NCBI GenBank assembly: GCA_045863235.1
Contig: BTUM01000019.1
Location: 32,001-96,000, forward strand
Direction: 5' to 3'
Length of the DNA stretch: 64,000 nt
DNA from: Candidatus Xenobia bacterium
GTDB lineage: Bacteria; Vulcanimicrobiota; Xenobia; Xenobiales; QWHO01
In this document: positions 45,647 to 55,515 of the stretch, in pieces
Layout of the letters: every line of letters starts with the position of its first letter
Numbering within the stretch: the stretch's first letter is position 1
The notes under the pieces: model-generated
What the model saw: only the letters and a program-made list of their open reading frames with translations
Told to the model about the DNA's origin: nothing
Database searches by the model: none
Position numbers and translations under genes: made by a program

Positions 45647-46735
45647 TTGGGCGTTCCCCGCCTGATCGGGGTCGATGCCCTGCGGGGCGTTGCCGCCCTC
45701 ATGGTGTTGCTCTATCACGGCTGGTTCGGTCCGCTGATCAACCAGGTCAGCCCGGAAGCATTCTGGCTGGCCTATCCCAGCTGGCAGGGCTTCACCGGGG
45801 TGCACCTGTTCTTGCTCCTCTCCGGGTTCTGCATTCACGCGCGGGCGGCCAGCGCCGGCCGCGCTCGCCCCTTCCTCGTCTTCTGGCGACGTCGGCTGAC
45901 CCGGCTCTATCCCCCTTACCTGGCCGCCGTCGGTCTGAGCTTTCTGGTGCTGAGCGGGCCGGGCCAGAGAGAGCTCTGGATCGCCCTGGCGATCCACGCC
46001 ACCTTTCTCCTCCCCTTCTTCCCCGTGACGCTCTGGAACTCGGGGAATATCGTGTTCTGGACCCTGGCCCTGGAAGAGCAGCTCTATCTCCTCTACTCCC
46101 CATTTCTCTGGCTGCGCAAGCGATTGTCGCTGACGAGGGTCGTCGCCGTGGTGCTGGGGGCGACCCTGCTCTACCGAGCCGCAGCCGTCTACTGGATGCA
46201 AGCCCGCACGCCGATGTGGTCGACCCCGGTCGAGTTTCTGGGCGCTCTGCCCGCTCAGGGAGGAGCAGCCTGGCTGACGCTGGGCCCGGCCCGCTGGTTC
46301 GAGTGGGTGCTGGGGGCGGCCCTGGCCGAGCGCTACTTTCAGGGTAAGCTCTACTTCTCGAGAAAGGCCGGTCTGCTGAGCCTGCTGGCCCTGGCCGCTG
46401 CCCTGGCCGGTCAGTGGTCTCAGCCCGGCTGGGTGCTCACCGACCCCTGCTGGGGGCTCTTCTACCTGGGGGTCTGCGCCTGGACCTTGACCCGGGAGCC
46501 CGAGCGACTGAGCGCACGGCCCTTGTGGAAGGCGGCCAGTCAGGTTGGGCTCTACAGCTACAGTCTCTATCTGGTGCACGTGCCGGTGCTGGATTTGCTC
46601 CAGCCCGTACTCGGGACGCTCGTTCCGCAGGCTCTGGCGCTGCCGCTTAGTTGCCTGCTGGTACTGCCCTGCGCCTACCTGTTCTACCTGCTCTTCGAAC
46701 GACCCGCCCTGGAATGGAGCCGCCGGCTTCGCTGA
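45647..46735 (+). CDS. Acyltransferase-3 (OafA/OatA-like) membrane O-acyltransferase
   Basis: DALRGVAAL.V..YH, GV.LF..LSGF, RR..RLYPPY, WTLALEEQLY, SYSLYLVH, LFERP. Confidence 0.88.
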   Translation: MGVPRLIGVDALRGVAALMVLLYHGWFGPLINQVSPEAFWLAYPSWQGFTGVHLFLLLSGFCIHARAASAGRARPFLVFWRRRLTRLYPPYLAAVGLSFLVLSGPGQRELWIALAIHATFLLPFFPVTLWNSGNIVFWTLALEEQLYLLYSPFLWLRKRLSLTRVVAVVLGATLLYRAAAVYWMQARTPMWSTPVEFLGALPAQGGAAWLTLGPARWFEWVLGAALAERYFQGKLYFSRKAGLLSLLALAAALAGQWSQPGWVLTDPCWGLFYLGVCAWTLTREPERLSARPLWKAASQVGLYSYSLYLVHVPVLDLLQPVLGTLVPQALALPLSCLLVLPCAYLFYLLFERPALEWSRRLR

Positions 46736-46802
46736 GCGGCCGGACTTCTCAGACCCTGGGAGCAGCGCAGCCTGCTACTCAATCTGTTGAGCGCAGGACC
46801 TC

Positions 46803-46830
46803 TTCGAGGACTTTTGCATCACTCTGCTAG
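46803..46830. repeat. Copy of the palindromic repeat arm; supplies the stop codon of 46827-47129
   Basis: Reverse complement CTAGCAGAGTGATGCAAAAGTCCTCGAA vs CTAGCAGAGTGATGCAAGAGTTCCTCGAA at 25856-25884 (one substitution, one indel); CAGCCTGCTA also occurs at 46768-46777. Confidence 0.65.
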
Positions 46831-47129
46831 GCGGCAGGCGGGTTCTCGAGCCGTTCGAGCCGGCGATGAATGGCCTCGATCTCGCTTTCTCGGCGGGCCG
46901 ATTCAGCCGCGATGAGCCCCCGCAGAAAGTCGGTCATCTCAAAGGAGCGCTGCTGATAGCTCTGCAGACCCCTGGCCAACTCCTGGTGGGAACGTTCCAT
47001 TCTGAGCATCAGCTCACGAAGCAGGTCTCGGTGGTCTGTCAGAGCACCCATGACCAGACTAAAATCTTGAGCCTGGGCCTGACGGAGCTCTTCGATACGC
47101 TGATCCATCAACTCCAACCGGTATTCCAT
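46827..47129 (-). CDS. Hypothetical coiled-coil protein
   Basis: AGGAGG SD before ATG at 47129; heptad-rich, ends RRLERLE. Confidence 0.6.
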   Translation of the reverse strand: MEYRLELMDQRIEELRQAQAQDFSLVMGALTDHRDLLRELMLRMERSHQELARGLQSYQQRSFEMTDFLRGLIAAESARRESEIEAIHRRLERLENPPAA

Positions 47130-47299
47130 GGAAGCAACCTCCTGAAAGCATTCTACCAACCACCACCAGGAGAGGAAAGAACTTCCTCTGACATTGTTGC
47201 CAGCTGTTACCGAGCCTTGAACTCAACTTTGCCGCACCGTGAACGAAAGATGAACACTCCTGAAGGAACCCGACCTTCAAACGCTAAAGGCGCAGGCCC

Positions 47300-47695
47300 A
47301 TGCTCACCCCTGTCAACCCGGACACCCTGGCCAAACCGCGCGGCTACTCCAACGGCCTGCTGGCCCCGGCAGGCTCGCGCCTGCTGTTCATCGCCGGCCA
47401 GGTCGGCTGGGACGCGCTGGGCCGCTTCGTCAGCACTGACTTTGCCGAGCAGTTCGACAAGGCGCTCGAGAACGTGCTCGAGGTCGTCAAGGCGGCAGGG
47501 GGAGGGCCCGAGAACCTGGCACGCCTGACCCTCTACGTGCTCGACAAGGCCGAGTACAATGCGGCCACCAAACGGGTGGGCGAGTTCTACCGCGCCCGCA
47601 TGGGGCGCCACTACCCCACCATGGCCCTGCTCGAGGTCAAAGGCCTGCTCGAGTCCGAGGCCCGGGTGGAGATCGAAGGGACCGCCGTGCTGTGA
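47300..47695 (+). CDS. RidA/YjgF/YER057c family protein (AbmE-like)
   Basis: P.GYSNG, FIAGQ, YP.M.L.EV..L, VEIEGTAV. Confidence 0.9.
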   Translation: MLTPVNPDTLAKPRGYSNGLLAPAGSRLLFIAGQVGWDALGRFVSTDFAEQFDKALENVLEVVKAAGGGPENLARLTLYVLDKAEYNAATKRVGEFYRARMGRHYPTMALLEVKGLLESEARVEIEGTAVL

Positions 47696-48483
47696 TCGCC
47701 CCCCAACACTTCCTCTATCAGCTCGAGGAGGGCGTTGCCACCCTCACCCTGAACCGACCCGACCGGCTCAACGCGCTGACTTTCGATGTCTACCGCGAGC
47801 TCAAGGAGGTCTTTCTGGCCCTGGATACCGAGCCGGGCGTGCGAGCCATCGTTCTTACCGGCGCGGGGCGCGCCTTCTGCTCGGGCGGGGACGTGGAGGA
47901 CATCATCGGAGCCCTGTTCGCGCGTGACTTCGAAGGCTTGCTCGACTTCACCCGGGCAACCGGTGACCTGATCCTGGCCATGATCGAGTGCCGCCGTCCC
48001 ATCGTGGGCGCCCTGAACGGCACCGTAGCCGGGGCTGGAGCGGTGATGGCCACGGCCTGCGACTTCCGGGTGGCCTCCGAAACCGCCAAGATCGCCTTCC
48101 TGTTCACCAAGGTCGGTCTTTCGGGCGCCGACATGGGAGCCACCTGGCTGCTCCCCCGTCTGGTCGGGCTGGGCCGGGCCAACGCCATGCTGATGACGGG
48201 AGACTTCACCAGCGCCCAGGAGGCCCTGGCCATCGGGCTCTACCACCAGGTGGTCAAGCCCGAGGAAACCCTGGCCGCGGCCACCGCTCTGGCTCGCAAG
48301 CTGGCGGCCGGACCGGCCTTCGGCCTGGAGATCACCAAGAAACTGCTCTACCGCGAAGCCCACATGGACCTGCGCTCGGCCATGGCCGCCGAGACCGAGA
48401 TCCAGGCCGCCTGTATGCTGCACCCCGACTTCCGCGAGGCCTACGAAGCCTTTACCTCCAAACGGAGCCCCGCCTTCCGGTGA
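47692..48483 (+). CDS. Enoyl-CoA hydratase/isomerase (AbmC-like)
   Basis: LNRPDRLNAL, AFCSGGD, G.VAGAGA, FTKVGL.GADMG...LLPRLVG. Confidence 0.9.
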   Translation: MIAPQHFLYQLEEGVATLTLNRPDRLNALTFDVYRELKEVFLALDTEPGVRAIVLTGAGRAFCSGGDVEDIIGALFARDFEGLLDFTRATGDLILAMIECRRPIVGALNGTVAGAGAVMATACDFRVASETAKIAFLFTKVGLSGADMGATWLLPRLVGLGRANAMLMTGDFTSAQEALAIGLYHQVVKPEETLAAATALARKLAAGPAFGLEITKKLLYREAHMDLRSAMAAETEIQAACMLHPDFREAYEAFTSKRSPAFR

Positions 48484-49637
48484 TCGACACCGGCGCCGTC
48501 GAGGTCTTCCTCACCGCCGAGCACCGCCAGGCGGCCGACCGCCTGGGCGCTTTCTGCCGGCAAGAGTTGGACCAGGTGGCCCCCGAAACCGACGCCCAGG
48601 CCCGCGAAACGGCCCGCCTGGTGCTGGGCAAGCTGGGCCAGGGCTGGCTGGCCACCGCCGTGCCGGCCCGATTTGCCCGGGCCGAGATGCCTCAGGACGC
48701 GCGCGGGCTCTGCCTGGTGCGCGAGAACCTTGGCTACAGCTCGCCGCTGGCTGACGCCGTATTCGCCCTGCAGGGGCTGGGCTCGACCCCCTTGGCACTG
48801 GCCGGAACCCCGGCCCAGCAGGAGCGCTGGCTTCCGGCCGTGGCCCGAGGCGAGGCCATGGCCGCCTTCGCCATGACCGAGCCCGAGGCCGGGTCGGACG
48901 TTGCTTCCATGCGCACCAGCGCCCGTCCCGAGGGAGACTCCTGGCTGCTCGAGGGCCACAAGACCTTCATCTCCAACGCCGGCATCGCCGACTTCTACGT
49001 GGTCTTCGCCCAGACCGACCCCGCCCTGGGCAGCCGGGGTATCGGCGCCTTCCTGGTCGAAAAGAACAATCCCGGTCTTCTATTCCTGGGGCCGCAGGTG
49101 ATGAGCGCCCCGCACCCGCTGGGAAGTATCGGCTTTGAAGCCTGTCGGGCCGAGCTGATCGCCCGCGAGGGCTTCAAGCTTGGCATGCGCACCCTGGACG
49201 CCCTGCGCGTCTCGGTGGCCGCCGCCGCCTGTGGAATGGCCGCCCGGGCTCTGCACGAGGCCCGTCGGCACGCCCTCAAGCGCCAGCAGTTCGGCAAGCC
49301 CCTGGCCGAGTTCCAGCTGATCCAGCAGAAGCTGGCCCAGATGGCCATCGGCCTGGACGCCTCCCGCCTGCTCACCTATCGGGCCGCCTGGCTCAAGGAC
49401 CAGGGGCGCGAGCGGCTGACCAGCGAGGTGGCCATGGCCAAGGCTTTTGCCACCGAGACGGCCCAGCAGGTCATCGACGCCGCCATGCAGGTGTGCGGAG
49501 GGGTGGCCATGCTCAGCGACCATCCCGTGGAACGGCTCTATCGAGCCGTGCGGAGCCTGCGGATCTACGAGGGAACGACCGAGATCCAACACCTCATTCT
49601 GGCCCGGGAGCTGTGTAAAGATGTGGACCCCGCCTGA
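48480..49637 (+). CDS. Acyl-CoA dehydrogenase (AbmD-like)
   Basis: ALQGLG, FAMTEPEAGSD, KTFISNAG, R.QFG.PL..FQ, RIYEGTTEIQ; GTGA overlap. Confidence 0.9.
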   Translation: MIDTGAVEVFLTAEHRQAADRLGAFCRQELDQVAPETDAQARETARLVLGKLGQGWLATAVPARFARAEMPQDARGLCLVRENLGYSSPLADAVFALQGLGSTPLALAGTPAQQERWLPAVARGEAMAAFAMTEPEAGSDVASMRTSARPEGDSWLLEGHKTFISNAGIADFYVVFAQTDPALGSRGIGAFLVEKNNPGLLFLGPQVMSAPHPLGSIGFEACRAELIAREGFKLGMRTLDALRVSVAAAACGMAARALHEARRHALKRQQFGKPLAEFQLIQQKLAQMAIGLDASRLLTYRAAWLKDQGRERLTSEVAMAKAFATETAQQVIDAAMQVCGGVAMLSDHPVERLYRAVRSLRIYEGTTEIQHLILARELCKDVDPA

Positions 49638-51066
49638 GCGCATCAAGCACGAGAAGCCCGAAGGCGGCTGGCCGGACGCCCGGACGGCCGCCTCAGCCCG
49701 GCTGTTTTCTCCCGTCCAGGTCGGCCCGATCCAGCTCGAGCAGCGAACCTGGGTGCCGGCCATGGTTCCCTGGCGCGCCACCGAGGAAGGCTTCGTCACC
49801 CCCGACGTGGTCGACTGGTACGCTCGCTTCGCGGCTGGGCGGCCAGGGGCCCTGGTGGTGGAAGCCACCGGCGTGCGCGACATTCCCAGCGGACCGCTTC
49901 TACGCATAGGCCACGACCGCTTCCTGGAGGGCCTCAAAGAGCTGGTCCAGGCAGTGCGCGAAGCGAGCCAGGGTCACACCAGGCTCTTCATCCAGCTGAT
50001 CGACTTTCTGTCCATCCGTCGCCGACCTGAGCCCGCCAAGTTTTTCGCCCGCTTCCTGGAGTTGACCGAGCGCCACCGCTCCCACTTCCCCGGTCTGAGC
50101 GACGAGGCCATCCGCGAGCATCTCGCCGCTCTTCCCGATCCTGAGCTCGACCGCTATCTCGACGAGCGCGAGTTGGAGTCGCTGCGCTTTGGCTGGCGCG
50201 AGCGCATCAGCGACCTGGACAAGCCCCACATCCTGGAGCTACCCCGGGTGCTGCCCGACATCTTCGCCCAGGCCGCCCGGCGGGCGCGGGAGGCCGGCTG
50301 TGACGGCATCGAGTTGCACTACGCCCACGCCTACACCATGGCCAGCTTCCTGTCAGGGCGAAACGATCGCCCGGATGGCTACGGCCAGACCCGCCAGGGC
50401 CGCATCCGCCTCCCCCTGGAAGTCTACCGGGCGGTGCGCCAGGCGGTGGGCTCCGACTTCGTGGTGGGCTGCCGCTATCTGGCTCACGAAGGCATCGAGG
50501 GCGGCTATGCGCTCGAGGATGCCGCCTTCTACGGCCAGGAGCTGGCCCGGGCCGGCATGGACTTTCTCTCGCTCTCGCGGGGGGGGAAGTTCGAGGACGC
50601 CAAGCAGCCCCCTGTGGGCTGGTCGGTCTACCCCTACACCGGACCGAGCGGCTACGAGTGCATGCCCACTGTGCTCTCCGACCAGAAAGGGCCCTTCGGA
50701 CGCAACGTGGAGAGCGCCCTCCCCATCCGTAAGGCGTTGCGCGACCAGGGGCTGGACACGCCGGTCGTGGTCACCGGGGGCATCTGCAGCTTCGCCCAGG
50801 CCGAAGGACTGCTCGGCGATGGTAGCGCCGACATCGTGGGGGCCGCCCGCCAGAGCCTGGCCGACCCCGACTGGTTCCGCAAGATGCAGCTCGGACGTGG
50901 CCAGGAAGTGCGCCGCTGCAAATACACCAATTATTGCGAGGGGCTCGATCAGAAGCACAAGCAGGTGACCTGTCAGCTATGGGATCGCCTGGGTCTGGAC
51001 GAGCCCGGCTTGAGACTGGCCCAGGACGGCAAGCGTCGCCTGACGGCCCCGAGGTGGACGCCATGA
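49621..51066 (+). CDS. NADH:flavin oxidoreductase (Old Yellow Enzyme family)
   Basis: LFSP..G, VVEATGV, GIELHYAHAY, RNDR.DGYG, ARQSLADPDW, C-terminal Cys cluster (CKYTNYC..C). Confidence 0.88.
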   Translation: MWTPPERIKHEKPEGGWPDARTAASARLFSPVQVGPIQLEQRTWVPAMVPWRATEEGFVTPDVVDWYARFAAGRPGALVVEATGVRDIPSGPLLRIGHDRFLEGLKELVQAVREASQGHTRLFIQLIDFLSIRRRPEPAKFFARFLELTERHRSHFPGLSDEAIREHLAALPDPELDRYLDERELESLRFGWRERISDLDKPHILELPRVLPDIFAQAARRAREAGCDGIELHYAHAYTMASFLSGRNDRPDGYGQTRQGRIRLPLEVYRAVRQAVGSDFVVGCRYLAHEGIEGGYALEDAAFYGQELARAGMDFLSLSRGGKFEDAKQPPVGWSVYPYTGPSGYECMPTVLSDQKGPFGRNVESALPIRKALRDQGLDTPVVVTGGICSFAQAEGLLGDGSADIVGAARQSLADPDWFRKMQLGRGQEVRRCKYTNYCEGLDQKHKQVTCQLWDRLGLDEPGLRLAQDGKRRLTAPRWTP

Positions 51067-52184
51067 AGATCGTTGTCATCGGAGGGGGGCCATCCGGCCT
51101 CTACTTCGCCATCCTGATGCGCCGGCTGGGCCACGAGGTGGAAGTTTTCGAGCGCAATGCCAGGGATGCCACCTTCGGCTGGGGAGTGGTGTTCAGCGAC
51201 CGAACCATGCGCTACCTGGCCGAGCCCGATCCGGAGACCCACCGCCTCTTGCTCGAGCACCTGCGCACCTGGGAGAACGTGGACATCGTCCACCGGGGAG
51301 AGCTGATCTCGGTAGCTGGCAACCGCTTCTCGGGCATCGCCCGCATCGCCCTGCTGGAAGTCCTGCAAAAACGCGCCTCCGAGCTGGGGGTCGCGCTCCA
51401 CTTCGAGCGCGAGGTGTCCGATCCGCTGGAGCTCTCGGCCGACCTGATCGTGGGGGCCGACGGGGTCAACAGCCTGGTGCGCGCCCGCCTGGCCGAGCAT
51501 TTCGAGCCCTCCCTGGAACTGGGCAACAACCGCTACATCTGGTACGGCACGGTCCAGCCCTTCGGGGGACTGACTCTGACCTTCCGACCCGGCCCCCTTG
51601 AAAATCTCTTCATGGCGCACAGCTACAAGTACAGCGGGGAGCTCAGCACCTTCATCGTGGAGGTGGACGAGCCCACCTGGCGCAACATCGAGCACCTGGA
51701 CGAGCCTGATTCTCGCGACCTTCTCGAGCAGGTGTTCGCGGCCGACCTGGGCGGCCATCCGCTGTTGAGCAATTTCTCGCGCTGGATCCGCTTCACCGTG
51801 GTCAAGAATCGGCACTGGTTCCACCGCAACGTGGTGCTGCTGGGAGATGCCCTGCACACGGCCCACTTCTCCATCGGCTCGGGCACGAAGCTGGCCCTGG
51901 AGGACTCGATCGCCCTGTGGGAGGCATTCCGCGCCCACCCTCGCGTGCAGGACGCCCTGCCCGCCTTTGAAGCCGCCCGACGACCTCAGGTGGAGGAGTA
52001 CCAGGCCGTCTCCGAGCTGAGCCGGCACTGGTTCGAGAACGCCCGCCAATTGATGCACCTCGAGCCGCTGCCGTTCGCCTACGAGGCCATGACGCGCAGC
52101 TCGCGGGTGGACGACAATAGCCTGGCCCGCCGCGACCCGGCCTTCGTGGCCGCTTACCGCGAGTACCTGGCCCGGGGGGCCTGA
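51063..52184 (+). CDS. FAD-dependent monooxygenase similar to the N-terminal domain of anthraniloyl-CoA monooxygenase / salicylyl-CoA 5-hydroxylase
   Basis: GGGPSGLYFAI, TFGWGVVFSD, ADGVNS, GDA.HTAHFSIGSGTKLALED, S..WFEN, TRS. Confidence 0.88.
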   Translation: MKIVVIGGGPSGLYFAILMRRLGHEVEVFERNARDATFGWGVVFSDRTMRYLAEPDPETHRLLLEHLRTWENVDIVHRGELISVAGNRFSGIARIALLEVLQKRASELGVALHFEREVSDPLELSADLIVGADGVNSLVRARLAEHFEPSLELGNNRYIWYGTVQPFGGLTLTFRPGPLENLFMAHSYKYSGELSTFIVEVDEPTWRNIEHLDEPDSRDLLEQVFAADLGGHPLLSNFSRWIRFTVVKNRHWFHRNVVLLGDALHTAHFSIGSGTKLALEDSIALWEAFRAHPRVQDALPAFEAARRPQVEEYQAVSELSRHWFENARQLMHLEPLPFAYEAMTRSSRVDDNSLARRDPAFVAAYREYLARGA

Positions 52185-52393
52185 CACCGTAGCCTGTGAC
52201 TTCGTTGGCCGGCTGACGAGGTCAGCGGCTCGACCGTCTCAAGCGGCGCCGACGTTCCAGCTCCTGAAAGCAAGCCCTGGTTTCGGACTTATTCATACCG
52301 CCCATCCCCCGCTTGACCTCTCGATGGTGATCGCCCTGAATCTCCAGGCTGCCAGACAAGACTTTGAGCCGGCCCGGTCTACAGAACGCGCAA

Positions 52394-53023
52394 TCAGTTC
52401 CGGCCGGAGGAGCGCAAGGCGGCGGCCAGATAACGGCCAAGTTGCGCATGGGCAACCGGGTCGAGCTCGGGAATGACCAGTCGCGCGATCGAGCCGCGTG
52501 ACTCCAGCACCACGGCCGAGAACGTCAGGGTCTGCTCGGGCAGATGCAGGTCCACTCCGATGGGATCGTTGCTGGCTGGCAGGGGGAGGGGCGTCTCGAC
52601 TCGCAGGCCGCGCAAGCTGACATCGAGCACCTTCAGGCTCTGCAGGCCGCAGCTGGCGGTCAGGTCGCAAGCCGACACACGCACATAACGGCGCCGCTCG
52701 AGCGAGAACAAGATGGCCTCCTGGCGCTCCACGCCGACCTGCTGACGACCTTCCGGCCCAGCCGCCGTCCACGCCACCCGACCCTCGAAGCTGAGATCCG
52801 GCTCCAGCGAGATGACCTCGAGCAAGCCGCCCACCTCGACCGGATGCTCGGAGTCGCACTCATAGCGCATGCCTCCGGGCGAGACATCCAGGCAGCGAGC
52901 CGGGCAGGTCGTTTCACCCGCCCTGACAGTCAGCTGCCGCTCGGCCGGACGCCGGGGGGCGGACCGCTTCTCCAACAGCAACTCCTGTTCGGGCCAGGGC
53001 AGGGATTCCTTAAGCATGAGCAA
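52394..53023 (-). CDS. Tandem PilZ-domain protein
   Basis: Two RxxxR + DxSxxG motifs (KRSAPR..DVSPGG; ERRRYVR..DVSLRG). Confidence 0.8.
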   Translation of the reverse strand: MLMLKESLPWPEQELLLEKRSAPRRPAERQLTVRAGETTCPARCLDVSPGGMRYECDSEHPVEVGGLLEVISLEPDLSFEGRVAWTAAGPEGRQQVGVERQEAILFSLERRRYVRVSACDLTASCGLQSLKVLDVSLRGLRVETPLPLPASNDPIGVDLHLPEQTLTFSAVVLESRGSIARLVIPELDPVAHAQLGRYLAAALRSSGRN

Positions 53024-53074
53024 CCTCCGAATTGGCGCCGCTCCCTTCGGCTCACCCGCATGAGTTCCTTCCGC

Positions 53075-54646
53075 TCAAAGAGATTCGAGCGCGGCTCGCA
53101 GGGCAGAGACCGTGGGAGGATGCCGATCGCACAGGCTGCGAAACTCGTCCCGGTCAAGCAATCGCCGGCAGTGGACCTCAATCGCTACCGGGTAGAAAAG
53201 GGGCTCGCGATCCCTGGCAAACTCCACCTCAACACCCTCAGGGACAGCCGGAGGGCGAACATAGGAGACGTCCAGAGGTCGAAATGCGTAGCCCAGAACG
53301 GCCAGCACCTTCAGGCAGCGGCGCTGCTGGTCGAAGTAGAGCGGCACCAGGCAGCGCACGTCCTGGCCCACGTCCGGGTCACCGGCCAGGTTCTTCAGCC
53401 AGCTCTGGGCTACCCGGCGGTCGGCCACGGGCCATGGCAAGCCCACCTCGAAGGCCGACTGAGACGCGCAACCGCGAAACAAAGCCTCCATGAAGTCGAG
53501 CTCCGGGCCCAGGGGCATCTCGACCGGGCCCTGCCGGGTCTGACGAGCCATCAGAGCGGAGAGCGCCTGGCGTCCGAACGCCTCTCCCAACACCTGACGC
53601 GCGAAGGCATAGCTCTCGGCCCGACGCTGATAATAGGTCACCAATGGCTCAAGACTGAGCGATGGACGCACCTGAGGCCTCTCCCGCCTGGCGGCACAAC
53701 CCAGGCTGGGGAGCTCGAGCTGCTTGACGTGTGTTTCGCGAGTCATGGCCAGGACGGCCCGACACAGCTCGCGCAAGCAGGCCTGGTAACCTTCTCCTCG
53801 CTCCACCCGGGGGCTCTCCAGCGCCTGGTCGGGCTTCAGGAGGGGCTCGAGGCACCACTGCTGGTGGGCATACCAGCCATCCTCGGGACCTGGGACCAGG
53901 CTCAATTGGCCCTGCTCCACCCGCCGCATCAGCTCGTCGATGAGGCCAAAGCCCTCTGGGATCGGTTCTCGCCCCAGCAACCGCCGGGCGAGGTCGGTCT
54001 CCAACGCCCGCGAGGGAGGAAAGACGGCCCAGTTCGCGCCCGGCCGCCCCAGGGCGGCGGGCTCTTGCACCAGGGGATTGGTCAGCCGGGCGGCCAGCCG
54101 CAGGTGGGCCTCGTAGACCTCTCGACCGGGGCCAAGGCTGTCGAGCAGGGCCTGAGCCCGACCAGACTCGAGGGGAGTTTGGAGAAACCGGTCACGGCGG
54201 AAGATGCCCACCAGCTCGGGGTTCCAGCAGTAGAACGCGAGTGGATGCGAGCGCTCGCGAGCGCCCAGGAACTCGGTCATGGCAGGAAGACCGATCTGCT
54301 CGACTTCGGGCGGGACAGATGGCTGCAACCCCCGCAGTCGCAGGCTCACCCACAGATGAGAGGCGGCATCGTTCTTGGCCATCGAGCGCTCCAGCCAACC
54401 GGCCAGAAGCTCGTTCTTCCCCCTCAGACGTCCCGCACCCCGGTCGGCAGCCAGTTCGACGGCCGCCATCAGACCGTCGTCGAAGGCCTTGGCTTTGGCT
54501 GCCAGCACTGCCGCGGAGACCATGTGGCCGTTTCCAGCCAGCTCGCTCAGGTCCGGAACGAGCTCAACCTCCTCCTCGCTCGACCCCTTGGCTACGGGAA
54601 CCTCCAGGCGCAGGACCTGGCCGCTCCGATCGATCTGAATCTCCAT
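53075..54646 (-). CDS. Hypothetical protein (possibly distant DUF3160-like)
   Basis: Long ORF with host-like composition; motifs KAKAFDDGL, DGWY..Q...LEPLL, TRETHVKQL, LEP..TYY.RRA; start ATG at 54646 assumed. Confidence 0.6.
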   Translation of the reverse strand: MEIQIDRSGQVLRLEVPVAKGSSEEEVELVPDLSELAGNGHMVSAAVLAAKAKAFDDGLMAAVELAADRGAGRLRGKNELLAGWLERSMAKNDAASHLWVSLRLRGLQPSVPPEVEQIGLPAMTEFLGARERSHPLAFYCWNPELVGIFRRDRFLQTPLESGRAQALLDSLGPGREVYEAHLRLAARLTNPLVQEPAALGRPGANWAVFPPSRALETDLARRLLGREPIPEGFGLIDELMRRVEQGQLSLVPGPEDGWYAHQQWCLEPLLKPDQALESPRVERGEGYQACLRELCRAVLAMTRETHVKQLELPSLGCAARRERPQVRPSLSLEPLVTYYQRRAESYAFARQVLGEAFGRQALSALMARQTRQGPVEMPLGPELDFMEALFRGCASQSAFEVGLPWPVADRRVAQSWLKNLAGDPDVGQDVRCLVPLYFDQQRRCLKVLAVLGYAFRPLDVSYVRPPAVPEGVEVEFARDREPLFYPVAIEVHCRRLLDRDEFRSLCDRHPPTVSALRAALESL

Positions 54647-54722
54647 GGATGGCCGGTTCGTCTTGCGGGGGGGACCGGCCCTGCAGGGAAATTTCAGGCC
54701 CTCATGCTGACATGGACAGGTC

Positions 54723-55496
54723 ATGGTAACTCCCAGCGGCGTGCGGTTCGAAGGTGGCGGCCAGAACTGGCGGGCCATCCTGCCTGCCGGCACCTACCTG
54801 CCCGAGCCCGTGGTGATCGAGCAGACTGAACAGGGCTTGAGCGCCCACCTGCAAGCACCTCTGGACAAGAACTTCGTGTTCCCCTGCCGTCGCGAGCGCG
54901 ACGGCAGCATCGCCATCGCGCTGCAATCGGACAGTCGGGCCGAGGCCGTCTTCCACCCCGATAGCCTGGAGTATGGGGTCCAGCTGGGCTCACACCGCGA
55001 GGGTTACCGCGCCGACGGGAGCTGGCTCTTCCAGTGCGCCAGCGGCGGCAAGGTCTACCGGGCAGAAGCCAGCCCGGGTGGAGAGGTAAGGGGCTCGCTG
55101 CTCCAGGGTGACTCGATTTTGCCCATGCAAGCCAACTTCGACGGCAAGCGTTTGCAGATCGGGCCCGACAAGACCCCCTTGCGCCAGCGAATTCAGGAGC
55201 AGGGCTTCTTCAGTGGCCTCTGGCTGGCCATGCGCTGCGCCACCAGCCCTCAGCTCAACAGTTTCCTCTTCCGCGACTCCTGGAGACTGTTTCCCGCTCT
55301 CGAGCACCGGGCCGGTATCTTGCGCCAGGAGATGGAGCAGGGAGCCCAGAGCGTGCGCCAGCTGGTCTGCCCCCCGGAAAACTTCTCGGGAGTGAAAGAG
55401 ACCGACCAGTCGGTCGCCATCGGGGGCGTGGTGCTGCGGCGGGTGGTGCGCACCGACCCCGAGCCGGCTACCCGGCAACTGGAAAATCATCCGTAA
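54723..55496 (+). CDS. Hypothetical protein
   Basis: Best ORF divergent from the 53-54 kb gene; no recognisable motif. Confidence 0.55.
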   Translation: MVTPSGVRFEGGGQNWRAILPAGTYLPEPVVIEQTEQGLSAHLQAPLDKNFVFPCRRERDGSIAIALQSDSRAEAVFHPDSLEYGVQLGSHREGYRADGSWLFQCASGGKVYRAEASPGGEVRGSLLQGDSILPMQANFDGKRLQIGPDKTPLRQRIQEQGFFSGLWLAMRCATSPQLNSFLFRDSWRLFPALEHRAGILRQEMEQGAQSVRQLVCPPENFSGVKETDQSVAIGGVVLRRVVRTDPEPATRQLENHP

Positions 55497-55515
55497 CATT
55501 GCTACAACCAAAGGC

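Noticed and set aside
26693..47210. Shared 10-mer CAGCTGTTAC upstream of the SLT gene and of the ridA operon
   Set aside because: Two occurrences of a 10-mer are not enough to call a regulatory site.
52185..52393. CTGACGAG resembling a hammerhead core, and a 24-aa minus-strand ORF (MNKSETR...)
   Set aside because: The CTGACGAG lies inside a simple GCTGAC/GTCAGC hairpin and no properly placed GAAA with three stems was found; the small ORF has no support.
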